Virus record (IMG/VR): IMGVR_UViG_3300011906_000002
Location: 1 to 64,000 of that record
Source of the DNA: an uncultured virus (IMG/VR IMGVR_UViG_3300011906_000002)
Taxonomy: Duplodnaviria; Heunggongvirae; Uroviricota; Caudoviricetes
Length of the DNA stretch: 64,000 bases
Reading direction: 5' to 3' (one strand)
The position numbers were made by a program, and so were the translations under genes. The notes beneath the pieces are model-generated. The model was not told the origin of the DNA. It saw only the letters and a list, made by a program, of their open reading frames with translations, and did not search any database. Positions 1-9,171 of this stretch are shown one piece after another (within the stretch, counting starts at the first letter, position 1; every line of letters begins with the position of its first letter).

Positions 1-10
1 AAGAGGTCCA

Positions 11-1129
11 TCAGAAATCCACCTCAAACACAGAGTCTTCGTCATCCCGCTCCATCAGACCGACCTTGTACTGACCGTTGGCTTCTTCTTGCGGAGAAGG
101 TTGGATGTCGGAGATGTTCAGCCAGGTCTTCATGTAGTGGACCGGAATCTTGTTAATCACAGGGTGCTTAACTTCCAGACCCATCGGACGGGCGACTTGT
201 AAACCACACCAGTGGACCCAATCGATGCCTTGTTGTAGCGTCAGTTGATCCAGGTCTTCGCCATCTGCCCAGAGTACGTCGCGCAGCCAAACCACTTCAG
301 CTTCTACCACCGCATCGTAGACCGCTTGCATACGTGGCTTGAGTTGTTGGTAGGCGATCATGCCCCGCTCGGTCTGCAACTCGTTGTTGAGGATCATGCG
401 ATCCAGCTCAACGTGTACTTCGAATTCGTCTTGTGCGATCTTCTGAATGGCTTTACAGATCGGCATGAACTGATCGTTAGCACCCATGGCAAAGGTCACG
501 ACGAACGAGGACATAAACTGTAGACGTTCCAACACGAACATCAAGAAGGTGAACATGAAGATCGCGTTGTAGGTTTCCTGATCATTCGGGACATCGCCCA
601 ACTGATACTGTAGACCACGACGACGAATCCAAGAGAACTCGTTAGCCACCACGGCCAAACGGCTGTGTGCTTCAACGATACCCAGGACTTCTTCCAACAC
701 CTTACGCGGGTCTTTAAAGCTCCCACGAACGATTTCGGAGTAAGTAGCGCCGTGTACTACTTCGTTATCCGAAACACGCTGCCAGGCTGCCCACAGCTCG
801 CTGGCGGGGTCGAACAGAGACACGATGTGACTGATCGAACGCGAAGCCACCGAATCGGCTTCCCATTGCCACGCCAACGAATAGATCATCTTGCGGACAG
901 TGGAGGCTTTAGTGCTTTCAAATTCCGTCATGCAGCTGGTAAACGGAATCTCGGCTTCGTCCCAATCTTGAGACTTCATGGTCTTGTAGTTTTCCCAGAT
1001 CTGCGGATACGTCTTGTTGATCGTATCAAACAAACCCGGTTGCTGACCCAAGAACAAGCTCTTGGTTGCGTAGTCAGTCTTCTTCAGGTTGAAAATGGAG
1101 GGGTCGATTTCGACGGGCTTAAGTTTCAT
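11..1129 (-). CDS. nrdB: Ribonucleotide reductase class Ia small (beta) subunit
   Basis: Di-iron motifs (EADS, NEVVHGATY, LERLQF, DEFEVH); C-terminal PQEE...QY; adjacent to nrdA. ATG at 1129 chosen over the ORF-track start at 1144. Confidence 0.93.
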   Translation of the reverse strand: MKLKPVEIDPSIFNLKKTDYATKSLFLGQQPGLFDTINKTYPQIWENYKTMKSQDWDEAEIPFTSCMTEFESTKASTVRKMIYSLAWQWEADSVASRSISHIVSLFDPASELWAAWQRVSDNEVVHGATYSEIVRGSFKDPRKVLEEVLGIVEAHSRLAVVANEFSWIRRRGLQYQLGDVPNDQETYNAIFMFTFLMFVLERLQFMSSFVVTFAMGANDQFMPICKAIQKIAQDEFEVHVELDRMILNNELQTERGMIAYQQLKPRMQAVYDAVVEAEVVWLRDVLWADGEDLDQLTLQQGIDWVHWCGLQVARPMGLEVKHPVINKIPVHYMKTWLNISDIQPSPQEEANGQYKVGLMERDDEDSVFEVDF

Positions 1130-1142
1130 AACACACTCTGGC

Positions 1143-1171
1143 AAAAAAGAAAGGAGGGCCGAAGCCCTCCT
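1143..1171 (-). terminator. Intrinsic terminator-like hairpin between nrdA and nrdB
   Basis: Minus strand reads AGGAGGGC-TTCG-GCCCTCCT followed by TTCTTTTTT. Confidence 0.75.
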
Positions 1172-1176
1172 GTAAT

Positions 1177-3666
1177 TTACATAGAACAGGCTCCGTCAGC
1201 GCACTCGGCAACCTCAACCGCGTTGTCGGTATTGAGATGCTCCACCATTACGACCGAACCGTCTTCGAGTTGTTTCTCAGAGGAGGTCAGGCTGTTGGTG
1301 TAGTAACGCGACTTCATGCCCATCTTGGTCATGTAGATGATGTCATTTATCATTTCGCTGGTCTTGACGGTCTCGCCTGGTGGCAGGCGCTTCCACGTAT
1401 CAGCCGAGATGCCTTGGTCGGTCCAGTACTGAGCCAACCCGTAGATGTCGATCTGGTCGACACTGTAAAGGTCCCAGCACGACTCATAGTGCAAGACGTC
1501 ACTTTCAGGCGCTGCAAAGCGCGTCACAATACCGTTATCGGTTTTGGTCATCACCGCTTTACGCACGGGATAACGACCGTTGGGTTGACCGGCCCCTTTG
1601 GAGCTGGACTCGCCAGGCATGTGTGCTACAAGGCAGCTGAAACGTCCACCACCGTACGTTACCAGATCCTTACGGACTTGGCCCCAGTCACGCATCATCG
1701 GCTGATCATGGATCTCTAGGACGGCTTTAGCACCATCGTCGAAAATCAGATAACCTTCTGGGTACTTGGTGCGGTGAATCCACGGTGCGTTACCAAACTC
1801 GCGACCCAGGCGAATCGACTGAGTGATTGCATGGTAGTAGTGGGTTTCGTTCAACTCGAACAATTTACCTTTGCCTTCACGGGTGGTGTAGCTGTACCCG
1901 TTCTTGGCCATCCAGTACGCATCCCCGATAATACCCACGCCTGCGTTCATGCGGTTCTTCGAAGTGAAGCCGATGTGTGGCAGTTCGTATTCGGTCATGT
2001 GGATGCAACGATCGATCATCAGCAGCGCGTAGTACATCACGTCTGCGTATTCTTCATCGCTTTCGATCAGTCCTGGACAGATCCCTGCAATGTTACACAT
2101 CGCCACTTCAGGTTCGGCTACCCGCTCCTCCACTTCCAAGACGTCAAAGTGTAGACCGTCTTTCACGAACTGGAATTGCTCCCCTTGGACCAAGTCAATC
2201 GCTGGGATCACTCGACGCGCAGCCCGAAGTGAGTTGACCGGCTCACGTTCCACCTGGACCGGATGCGAGGCCGGGAGTTGGTGACGATTACCGTCTGTGG
2301 TTTTGAACCGGATGTAACCGACGTCTTCGGTCTTGTACAGATCCGCCATGTGTGCATACCCGGAGGTCGGCAACATGATCTCGACACACAGGTTGGTTGC
2401 CCAAATGGTGTCGTAGAACGGCGTCTGCATGTTCATGGTGTCAGCCCATGCCAAGTAGTAACGACCGGTCTCGTAGGCTTCGTTCATCGCATTGAGGATC
2501 AACTCACGTGCATTGAAGTAGGTCTTGACGAACAGGGGGTCGGCTTCGTACTTGTTATACAGGTTCTCGAAATGCTCAACGTCACCGGAGAACAGGGCGT
2601 TGTGCAGATCAGGGGCTGTGTGACTGTTGAAGTAGAACAGCTTCTGCTTGCGAGCAGCGAAGCGTACCATGAACTTGGAGATAGTCATGGTGTAGTCGAT
2701 CCCACGGATCTTCTTGTCTTCCACCGACATCGGGTTCTGCAGCGCTACCAGGGTTTCAGCTTCAGGATCAAAGCCGGACCAGCTAACGTTCAGTGCACCA
2801 CCCCGACCGTTTTGCAGGTTGCACTTAACCATGGCCTTTTCAGCGCGCAGGTAAGGCAGCTTACCTTGGTGCTCGATTGCTCCACCACGGACTTCATCAC
2901 CGATCGAACGGGAGTTGAAGTAGGTACCAGTGCCTGCCGACATGTAGGTCATGGTGTAAGCGATGTGCAGACCTACACCGATCGAACGTGCCGAGTCGTG
3001 GTTGGTGTAGATACAGCAGGAGGTAAAGCCCTTCAGAGGCGTACCCAGGTTCACGTAGTTCGGCGTCGGTGCGTTGAGCTTGCCGCTGCTGAGGTAGTGG
3101 TACCACTTACGGATGTGCTTCATGCGCTGTTCAGTCGGGAAGCTTTCCGACAGGGCCATAGCCATGCGCATATAGACGAACTGCGGGGTTTCGTAACTCT
3201 TACCCGTCACCCGGTTCTGTACCGCGTACTTCTTGTAGATGTACTCGATGCGTGAGTGGATGTAATCTTTGTCCAGGTCATGGTTGATCACCTGTTCTAC
3301 CGCTGCGTATTCCGCATCAGTGTACTTCAGATGGTCCATCAAACCCAGGCCGACCAGCTTGCTGTGCAGTTGCTGAACGGTGGGGACTTCATGACCGTAA
3401 GTCGCTTTGGTGATCATCGGGGCATAAAGGCGACCGGCCATCTGATAATGAGGCCAGTCTTCGCCACGCAGGACGACGTCAATCAGTTTCTTCTGGAAGT
3501 TCTGAGTCGTCATCTTCTCAGGACATTCGTTTACCGCAGTGATCACGATGCTCGGCCAGTCGACCTTGTTACCCAGCTTCTTGGCCGCCCATTCAGCCCA
3601 GCGCGCTACCTTCTTTGCTGTGAATGGTTCTTCAGTACCGTTGAACTTCACCATGGTCTTAAGCAT
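1177..3666 (-). CDS. nrdA: Ribonucleotide reductase class Ia large (alpha) subunit
   Basis: N-terminal ATP-cone-like start (MVKFNGTEEPF), ETPQ, PTP...TSCC, TNLCVEI catalytic loop, MPGESSS, KSRYY and C-terminal CADGACSM. Confidence 0.96.
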   Translation of the reverse strand: MLKTMVKFNGTEEPFTAKKVARWAEWAAKKLGNKVDWPSIVITAVNECPEKMTTQNFQKKLIDVVLRGEDWPHYQMAGRLYAPMITKATYGHEVPTVQQLHSKLVGLGLMDHLKYTDAEYAAVEQVINHDLDKDYIHSRIEYIYKKYAVQNRVTGKSYETPQFVYMRMAMALSESFPTEQRMKHIRKWYHYLSSGKLNAPTPNYVNLGTPLKGFTSCCIYTNHDSARSIGVGLHIAYTMTYMSAGTGTYFNSRSIGDEVRGGAIEHQGKLPYLRAEKAMVKCNLQNGRGGALNVSWSGFDPEAETLVALQNPMSVEDKKIRGIDYTMTISKFMVRFAARKQKLFYFNSHTAPDLHNALFSGDVEHFENLYNKYEADPLFVKTYFNARELILNAMNEAYETGRYYLAWADTMNMQTPFYDTIWATNLCVEIMLPTSGYAHMADLYKTEDVGYIRFKTTDGNRHQLPASHPVQVEREPVNSLRAARRVIPAIDLVQGEQFQFVKDGLHFDVLEVEERVAEPEVAMCNIAGICPGLIESDEEYADVMYYALLMIDRCIHMTEYELPHIGFTSKNRMNAGVGIIGDAYWMAKNGYSYTTREGKGKLFELNETHYYHAITQSIRLGREFGNAPWIHRTKYPEGYLIFDDGAKAVLEIHDQPMMRDWGQVRKDLVTYGGGRFSCLVAHMPGESSSKGAGQPNGRYPVRKAVMTKTDNGIVTRFAAPESDVLHYESCWDLYSVDQIDIYGLAQYWTDQGISADTWKRLPPGETVKTSEMINDIIYMTKMGMKSRYYTNSLTSSEKQLEDGSVVMVEHLNTDNAVEVAECADGACSM

Positions 3667-3836
3667 TGGGAAAACCTTTCTATTTCAAGTCAATCGGGGG
3701 TTAAAAAATTGTGCCAACTATACCATAGGGTCAACGGAGTTTAAACCGGACTACGGACCTTCAGGGACGCCCCGCTCTACCTGAAATCGGACACTTCGCA
3801 TACCCTAGGTTAACCCTGTTATTTCTTATCATCGAT

Positions 3837-3860
3837 AAAATAATTTCAAACCTATATCAT
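3837..3860 (+). promoter_or_regulatory. Candidate early (virion-RNAP) promoter
   Basis: AAAATAATTTCAAACC-TATATCAT; aligns with 15634-15657 and 17585-17602 and resembles the phiKZ early TATATTAC motif. Confidence 0.5.
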
Positions 3861-3915
3861 CCAAGGGCAATACGTTAGCTGTTGCACCCCACATAAACTT
3901 AAATGGAGCACCACC

Positions 3916-4806
3916 ATGAGTAAGAAGACCTTTGATATCAACTCCCTGTTCAACGTCCGTCGCTTTGACAAGTGTCTGGAAGAGGTCCTGGAGACTGTGG
4001 TTAAAGAAGAAGCGCTGGACCAACAGGACGTGATGGACATTGTCGAGCTGTCTGCTAAGCACTACCAAGAGACCGTCAAGTATTTCACTGGTCGTAAGAA
4101 CGGCTCAACCCACGCACACCAGTTCGGTGCACCACGCTTTCCTGGTCAACCCTTCGTCGGTGGCTTTGCTCAACAGATGGGTTACAGCTCCTATGGTCCT
4201 GCTCAATACCAAAGCTATCTGGGTAAAGACCATCCGGAGTTCTTTGCACAGCTATTTACCCTCGCCGCTTTCCAGATCACCTACCACGACACGGTACTGA
4301 GCGATAACTTTAACTTCGTTGGAGTGGACGGTGATTCCCTGACCTACCTCGGTCGGGATAAAGAGCTGGCTAAGGTGGCAGGTAACGTGGTGTTCCACCA
4401 AGGGCGTTTGGAAGTGAATCTGGATTGCTTGCTCCTCAGCGGAATGGTCCGCATTCAACCCACTGCTGATAGCGACCTCCTCTTGCGTGACGCTATGCAA
4501 AACGGCACTCTACCTTTGCCGGGTCTGACTGCTACCAGTCCAGCTACTCGTGAACTGATGGCCCACATCCGTAACCACGGCTGGCGTGATCTGGATGAAG
4601 GGGACCTCGTGGTGCAGGTTGATAACCCTGAGCAGGTTTACCTGATGGGACTGCGTAGCGTAGAGGTCAGTAAGTGCCAGCAGGTGATGGTGATACCGGT
4701 TGAGATCACTGAAAGCCCTGAAGGCTTAGTGGCTACGCCTCAAACTCACTTGGGTATCCAGACGTTGGATCTGATGCTGTTAAAGCGGTATAAGCACCAG
4801 GCTTAA
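3916..4806 (+). CDS. Hypothetical protein (296 aa)
   Basis: Long ORF with a GGAG Shine-Dalgarno; no recognised motif. Confidence 0.8.
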   Translation: MSKKTFDINSLFNVRRFDKCLEEVLETVVKEEALDQQDVMDIVELSAKHYQETVKYFTGRKNGSTHAHQFGAPRFPGQPFVGGFAQQMGYSSYGPAQYQSYLGKDHPEFFAQLFTLAAFQITYHDTVLSDNFNFVGVDGDSLTYLGRDKELAKVAGNVVFHQGRLEVNLDCLLLSGMVRIQPTADSDLLLRDAMQNGTLPLPGLTATSPATRELMAHIRNHGWRDLDEGDLVVQVDNPEQVYLMGLRSVEVSKCQQVMVIPVEITESPEGLVATPQTHLGIQTLDLMLLKRYKHQA

Positions 4807-4932
4807 ACCCTTAGCGGGTTTAATTCTACATCTGTAATCTATAGATTGAGAACTTATTCAGATAGAATAAGGAGTAAGGCAGTTTATTCTGCCTTACGAC
4901 CTCAACTGCTCTTGCTTGATACAACAGGGAAC

Positions 4933-4974
4933 GGATAGGGGCACAAAGACCCTATCCTTCCTTTTTTATTTTTT
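4933..4974 (+). terminator. Intrinsic terminator
   Basis: GGATAGGG...CCCTATCC hairpin followed by a T-rich tail. Confidence 0.65.
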
Positions 4975-4987
4975 ACCCGAGGCAGAG

Positions 4988-5353
4988 ATGCGTAAACACA
5001 AGATCTACTTAGGTAAGAGACACCACCACAAGCTTGTCCCCAGGTTACTTAAGCCTGCAGCCCTACGGGCGTATGCAGGCGAGGTGGAGCACTACATCAA
5101 GTGTTTGAATGACGACCAGGTCTTGCGTGCAGGACGCAGTACCGGTAAGAGTGCAGTGATCACTCACCTGTTCTCCCCAGTTACTTACCTCAACCAACTG
5201 AAAGAAGGCCAAGTGCCTGTCAGGATTGGTTTGCTTGCCGTTAAGCTTCCTACGCCTGCCTGGGGTCAAGCGGTTAAACCGCCCATTGACATGGATGTGT
5301 GCTTGATGTACGCAAACCCCGTCAAACTGCTTAAAATCCAACCTCCCCTTTAA
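4988..5353 (+). CDS. Hypothetical protein
   Basis: ATG at 4988 with GAGG upstream; fits the co-directional gene run. Confidence 0.6.
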   Translation: MRKHKIYLGKRHHHKLVPRLLKPAALRAYAGEVEHYIKCLNDDQVLRAGRSTGKSAVITHLFSPVTYLNQLKEGQVPVRIGLLAVKLPTPAWGQAVKPPIDMDVCLMYANPVKLLKIQPPL

Positions 5354-5371
5354 TACCTAATAGGTTCTAAA

Positions 5372-6343
5372 ATGCCACACGCTATTGTACAAGACTGGAA
5401 ACACTCAGACGCCATTCACCGTATGGTGGGCTTTTACCACAAAGACTGCACCGATGGTTACTTCAGTGGAGCTTTGCTCAAGCGGGTGTTTGAGCACATT
5501 GGCAAACCCTTTGAGCTGTATGCGGTGACTTACAAGGACGAGCTGCTAAGCTTTGTGCTACCAGGCGATCAAGTGGTCTTTGCCGATATGTCAGCGTCCC
5601 CTGACGTGATCTTGGCGATGGCTGAGCGAGCCGTAGGGGTGTCGGTTTACGATCACCATGACACCGCTATCCGCCTGTTTGATAAACTGCCGCAAAACTA
5701 CTTCCAAGACGATAACGTCGTGTTGCTATTTGACCAGAGTCGTTGTGGCACACAGCTGGTGTTTGACGAGTTGGCTTTCCCTATCTTGCGTATTGGTGAC
5801 CTGCGTCACTACGAACGCTTGATCGACCGCGTCCAGACGTGGGACCTCCAGCTACCCAACGCGCAAAAGACTGAGTACCGGGCTTTTGCTGCCTTCTGTA
5901 AAGCACGTCTGAACAGTCTCAAAGAGGTCGATGACTTCTTGGGTCTGTATATGGTCGATGGCTTTGCGGCTGACCAGCGCGTGATGGAGCAAGCTCGCCT
6001 GTTGATGGAGACTGAAGACAATCACGTCCAGTGGGCTATCGAGAACACCTTGCGCGTGGTGAGCTTGGAGGTGCCTAACGGCGACGGTCGCACCACGACG
6101 TACAGAGACGTGGCATTGGTCAACGCACCGAAATACCTCTGTACCCAAATCGGTCGGGCGTTGGAAGACAACTTCTCCATCGTGATGATCTATCATGAAA
6201 CCGCCATGGGACGCGTGTACCGCATCAGTTCGAAGAAAGGTGGGATTGTGGTCAACACCATCGCTGAGAAGTTCTCAGGCGGAGGCCACCCTCACGCAGC
6301 CGGGATTCAAGTGTTGCGCGATAGCTACTTGGGGCGTCTGTAA
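5372..6343 (+). CDS. DHH/DHHA1-family phosphoesterase
   Basis: YHKDCTDG, ADMS, YDHHDT and C-terminal GGGHPHAAG motifs. Confidence 0.88.
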   Translation: MPHAIVQDWKHSDAIHRMVGFYHKDCTDGYFSGALLKRVFEHIGKPFELYAVTYKDELLSFVLPGDQVVFADMSASPDVILAMAERAVGVSVYDHHDTAIRLFDKLPQNYFQDDNVVLLFDQSRCGTQLVFDELAFPILRIGDLRHYERLIDRVQTWDLQLPNAQKTEYRAFAAFCKARLNSLKEVDDFLGLYMVDGFAADQRVMEQARLLMETEDNHVQWAIENTLRVVSLEVPNGDGRTTTYRDVALVNAPKYLCTQIGRALEDNFSIVMIYHETAMGRVYRISSKKGGIVVNTIAEKFSGGGHPHAAGIQVLRDSYLGRL

Positions 6344-6452
6344 CGATAAATAATAACATCTGTGCATTTTTCTATAGGGTCTTAGGCTCACGCCTAAGCC
6401 CTGTAGAGTGTCACCTAAACTATCATTCCTAATCGGAAGAAGGATACGCATT

Positions 6453-7076
6453 ATGTATCATGACTTAGACGCTTTTTTGATTCTGGCGTTGGTTGAACTG
6501 AACCACGGTCAGAAGGCGATGTACAAAAAAGCAGTGGAGATGTTTCGCGGTAAGGTTAAAGTGAAACCTGAGGTCTCTCAAGGCTTTATCCGCAAAGCCA
6601 TCAAATCGCGTGACGTCAGCATCGCTAAGTACAAAATCGATGCCTACATCGAAGACTACCTGTACTACGCCCTGCCTGCTCGTGAAGTAGGTAAGTTAAA
6701 GGCGCAAGGTATGGTGATCTACGAAGGGGTAGTTCATCCCATCACAGTCACCTATGAAACTGAGGCCGATTACTGGTGGGCGATCGCTAATGAAACTGAG
6801 ATCTACACCGCAGTAGCGTTTTGGCTAGTCTGGCACTATCGACTGACTAAAGACTTCTCCGGTGAGTTCTTGATGTTTGGTAATTACGGCTTTAAGGGGA
6901 TTCCTCGTTGGTGGGGAATTAAGAACATTGGCGGACCGGTAGCTTACAAAGATCTGTTGTATTACCCTGGGGAGGGTGAAACGATCGAGGCGACCTACAC
7001 TCACAACGAATTAGCTGAGCAGCAAGCTGTTGCCAAGAGAGCTTTGATTGATGAAAGTCCAGCCGCTCACCCATGA
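6453..7076 (+). CDS. Hypothetical protein
   Basis: ORF with AAGGA SD before ATG 6453. Confidence 0.7.
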   Translation: MYHDLDAFLILALVELNHGQKAMYKKAVEMFRGKVKVKPEVSQGFIRKAIKSRDVSIAKYKIDAYIEDYLYYALPAREVGKLKAQGMVIYEGVVHPITVTYETEADYWWAIANETEIYTAVAFWLVWHYRLTKDFSGEFLMFGNYGFKGIPRWWGIKNIGGPVAYKDLLYYPGEGETIEATYTHNELAEQQAVAKRALIDESPAAHP

Positions 7077-7596
7077 GCAGCTTCTCGTGTTCCTGTCCTA
7101 TTTCCCAACGTTAACCTTGCGCTTTCTGTGTAACAACGGCGTGCGGTACGTGGCGATGGACATTGCGACACCGAAAATGCTGAACCACCTCCAGAGGCTG
7201 AAGGCAAGTATTGCTTTGTTGACCTTGGAGGGGCATAAGGAAATGACTGCCTTACATTCACCGCGCTATGCCCTGGACGTTTCCGGGATTGCGCCTATCG
7301 AGCTTGAGTGGGTTTACGCAGCGCTAGTGCGCCGTAAGCACCACTTAGCTCAGCAACAAACAAAGGATGCATCAGATGACACTCGTCCGCTCGATCATGG
7401 CGATCGCTCGCAATGGAGTTATTGGCAAGGGAAACGCTTTGCCATGGCCACGGTTCAACTGCGACATGCAGTTCTTTCGCAAGACCACCACTGGCAGCCC
7501 AATCATCATGGGCGGCAACACCTGGAAGAGTTTGGGGCGTCCACTACCCAACCGACTCAATATCGTAGTCAGCAAGTCGCAGAACTTGGTCACTGA
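7051..7596 (+). CDS. Hypothetical protein; its C-terminal part overlaps DHFR in another frame
   Basis: The first ~105 codons fill the gap between neighbouring genes; the rest overlaps DHFR. Confidence 0.45.
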   Translation: MKVQPLTHEQLLVFLSYFPTLTLRFLCNNGVRYVAMDIATPKMLNHLQRLKASIALLTLEGHKEMTALHSPRYALDVSGIAPIELEWVYAALVRRKHHLAQQQTKDASDDTRPLDHGDRSQWSYWQGKRFAMATVQLRHAVLSQDHHWQPNHHGRQHLEEFGASTTQPTQYRSQQVAELGH

Positions 7597-7876
7597 TGAC
7601 AACCTAAGGGTCTTTAGCTCGTACCCAGAAGCGCTGGCTTTTGCCAAAAGTGTTTCTGAAACGGGTTACGTGTACGTCATAGGCGGAAAACAACTCTACC
7701 AAACTGCCGACACCTACGGCGTAGACGAATACCTCATCACTTACATCGATGAGGATTACGAAGGCGATACTCACTACATCCCCCCACTCACTGGCTACTT
7801 GGTGTCTACGCAACTGACCGAAGCTGAACACGGGGTTGAAGTCTGTATCACTCATTACAAAAAGCAAGGAGCATAG
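7376..7876 (+). CDS. folA: Dihydrofolate reductase
   Basis: AIARNGVIGKGNALPW, DMQFFRKTT, IIMG..TW.SL.RPLPNRLNIVVS, VIGG..LY, YEGDT; AAGGA SD before ATG 7376. Confidence 0.95.
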   Translation: MTLVRSIMAIARNGVIGKGNALPWPRFNCDMQFFRKTTTGSPIIMGGNTWKSLGRPLPNRLNIVVSKSQNLVTDDNLRVFSSYPEALAFAKSVSETGYVYVIGGKQLYQTADTYGVDEYLITYIDEDYEGDTHYIPPLTGYLVSTQLTEAEHGVEVCITHYKKQGA

Positions 7877-7879
7877 GAC

Positions 7880-8242
7880 ATGGGTAGCTTTATGACTTTG
7901 GGAAAACTGGGTCTGGGAAAGGGGACGCTCGGGGTGGTCGAGGGGGTGGTGTTTGACACCTTCAACCCTAAGCGCACCACGGTAGGGGTGATCAAGGCCT
8001 CAGGAGGCATTGTCTATTTCAATGTCAAAGGAACCCGCGTTAAGGTCGAGACTGCCTCACTCGAGGCGTTGAATCAATACGTGGGGCATCTGGGCCAGAT
8101 CAAGTTGTTGGTCAGTGACGCTGAAGCCTTGTTCGAAGGGGCTGTGTCGGTGCAACAAGTACCGTGGAAAAACATGACCCTTCAAGAGTACCGCCTGACA
8201 AACGGTACCGTGGCCTACTGCGTTGCTGGAGAACCTGCCTGA
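7880..8242 (+). CDS. Hypothetical protein
   Basis: ORF abutting DHFR; its TGA overlaps the next ATG. Confidence 0.7.
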   Translation: MGSFMTLGKLGLGKGTLGVVEGVVFDTFNPKRTTVGVIKASGGIVYFNVKGTRVKVETASLEALNQYVGHLGQIKLLVSDAEALFEGAVSVQQVPWKNMTLQEYRLTNGTVAYCVAGEPA

Positions 8243-8907
8243 TGCTTGATCATCTACCCATTCCCAAAACCGTGTATATCAGCCGCAGCGGCTTTCCTGT
8301 GATGTTTCACGGCATGGCCAAACAAGCCGATGACTGCACGCAGAGTAAGGTGATCTACAGCTTGCTGTCTGAATCCTTCGACTCGTTGCGTGGGGACATG
8401 TTCTATGGCGAGCTTAGCCAGTTCCAGGAACGCTTCACTCCCATTTCGCAACTGGTCAACGACGACAAGCAGTTTAAACGCCGGGTGATGTTGCTGACCT
8501 TAGGTAGTCGCTTCAACACCTTCGGCATGCTCTCAGCCTGCCAAGCTAACCTGGATCTGTTGCTCGAGTTCCGGGAACGGGTGCGTCCTGGTGTCCGCAT
8601 CACCAACATGGTCCGAGACGAAGGCTTCCCTCGTTACTACGAGGACGCTGACTGCACCGAAGCCTGGTTGGAAGACCTCCAGGTCACCTCGTACAACGAC
8701 GGCCAGTACTACGTGTTGTCAGCAGACCTGGTCACTGACAAGCTTGACGACCCCTATGTACAACAGTTCTTCCCCTTGGATGAAGAAGGACGCTTCACCA
8801 TACCGAACCGGTACGTGACCTCGATTCAGGTGGAAACTGAAGAAGATCACCACCACGACGGGCGCCTGTTGCTCAAGAAGCTTCACAACGCCTTTGCGCT
8901 GGTCTAG
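8242..8907 (+). CDS. Hypothetical protein; N-terminus weakly DUF1653-like
   Basis: TGATG coupling at 8240-8244; the pattern YISRSG.PV...GMAK.......VIYSLL is only loosely similar to DUF1653. Confidence 0.6.
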   Translation: MLDHLPIPKTVYISRSGFPVMFHGMAKQADDCTQSKVIYSLLSESFDSLRGDMFYGELSQFQERFTPISQLVNDDKQFKRRVMLLTLGSRFNTFGMLSACQANLDLLLEFRERVRPGVRITNMVRDEGFPRYYEDADCTEAWLEDLQVTSYNDGQYYVLSADLVTDKLDDPYVQQFFPLDEEGRFTIPNRYVTSIQVETEEDHHHDGRLLLKKLHNAFALV

Positions 8908-8929
8908 GCGAAGCGCTAAGGAGTAAGAC

Positions 8930-9067
8930 ATGCACACGTATGATTTTGCCCTGGTCAGTCAACAGCGGCGACGAGAGGCCTTTCTGGCTAATCGTAACTT
9001 CACCGTGATCAACTTGCTGTTCATAGCAGCGAACGTCGGTTACTGGGTAGTTGAATTAGTGCGTTAA
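8930..9067 (+). CDS. Small (45 aa) putative membrane protein, missed by the ORF track
   Basis: TAAGGAG SD; MHTYDFALVSQQRRREAFLANRNFTVINLLFIAANVGYWVVELVR*, with a hydrophobic C-terminal half. Confidence 0.7.
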   Translation: MHTYDFALVSQQRRREAFLANRNFTVINLLFIAANVGYWVVELVR

Positions 9068-9069
9068 CA

Positions 9070-9109
9070 GCATAGTCGGCTAGGCGGGGCTTCGGCCCCG
9101 TCTATGCCG
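9070..9109 (+). terminator. UUCG hairpin with GCATA/TATGC flanks
   Basis: GCATAG...AGGCGGGGC-TTCG-GCCCCGTCT-ATGCCG. Confidence 0.6.
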
Positions 9110-9171
9110 CGTATTTTATGAGAGGCCACCTATCTTTTTTTTTTTTCATCCGTGGTTACAAGGAGCCTTTA

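Noticed and set aside
2263..3255. 330-aa plus-strand ORF and other antisense ORFs inside nrdA/nrdB
   Set aside because: Shadow ORFs of well-supported genes.
5129..5155. AGRSTGKS Walker-A-like motif in a small ORF
   Set aside because: The protein is too short and has no Walker B or other ATPase context.
7376..7876. DHFR as a mobile trimethoprim-resistance dfrA gene
   Set aside because: No integron/attC or IS context; DHFR is a routine nucleotide-metabolism gene in large phages.
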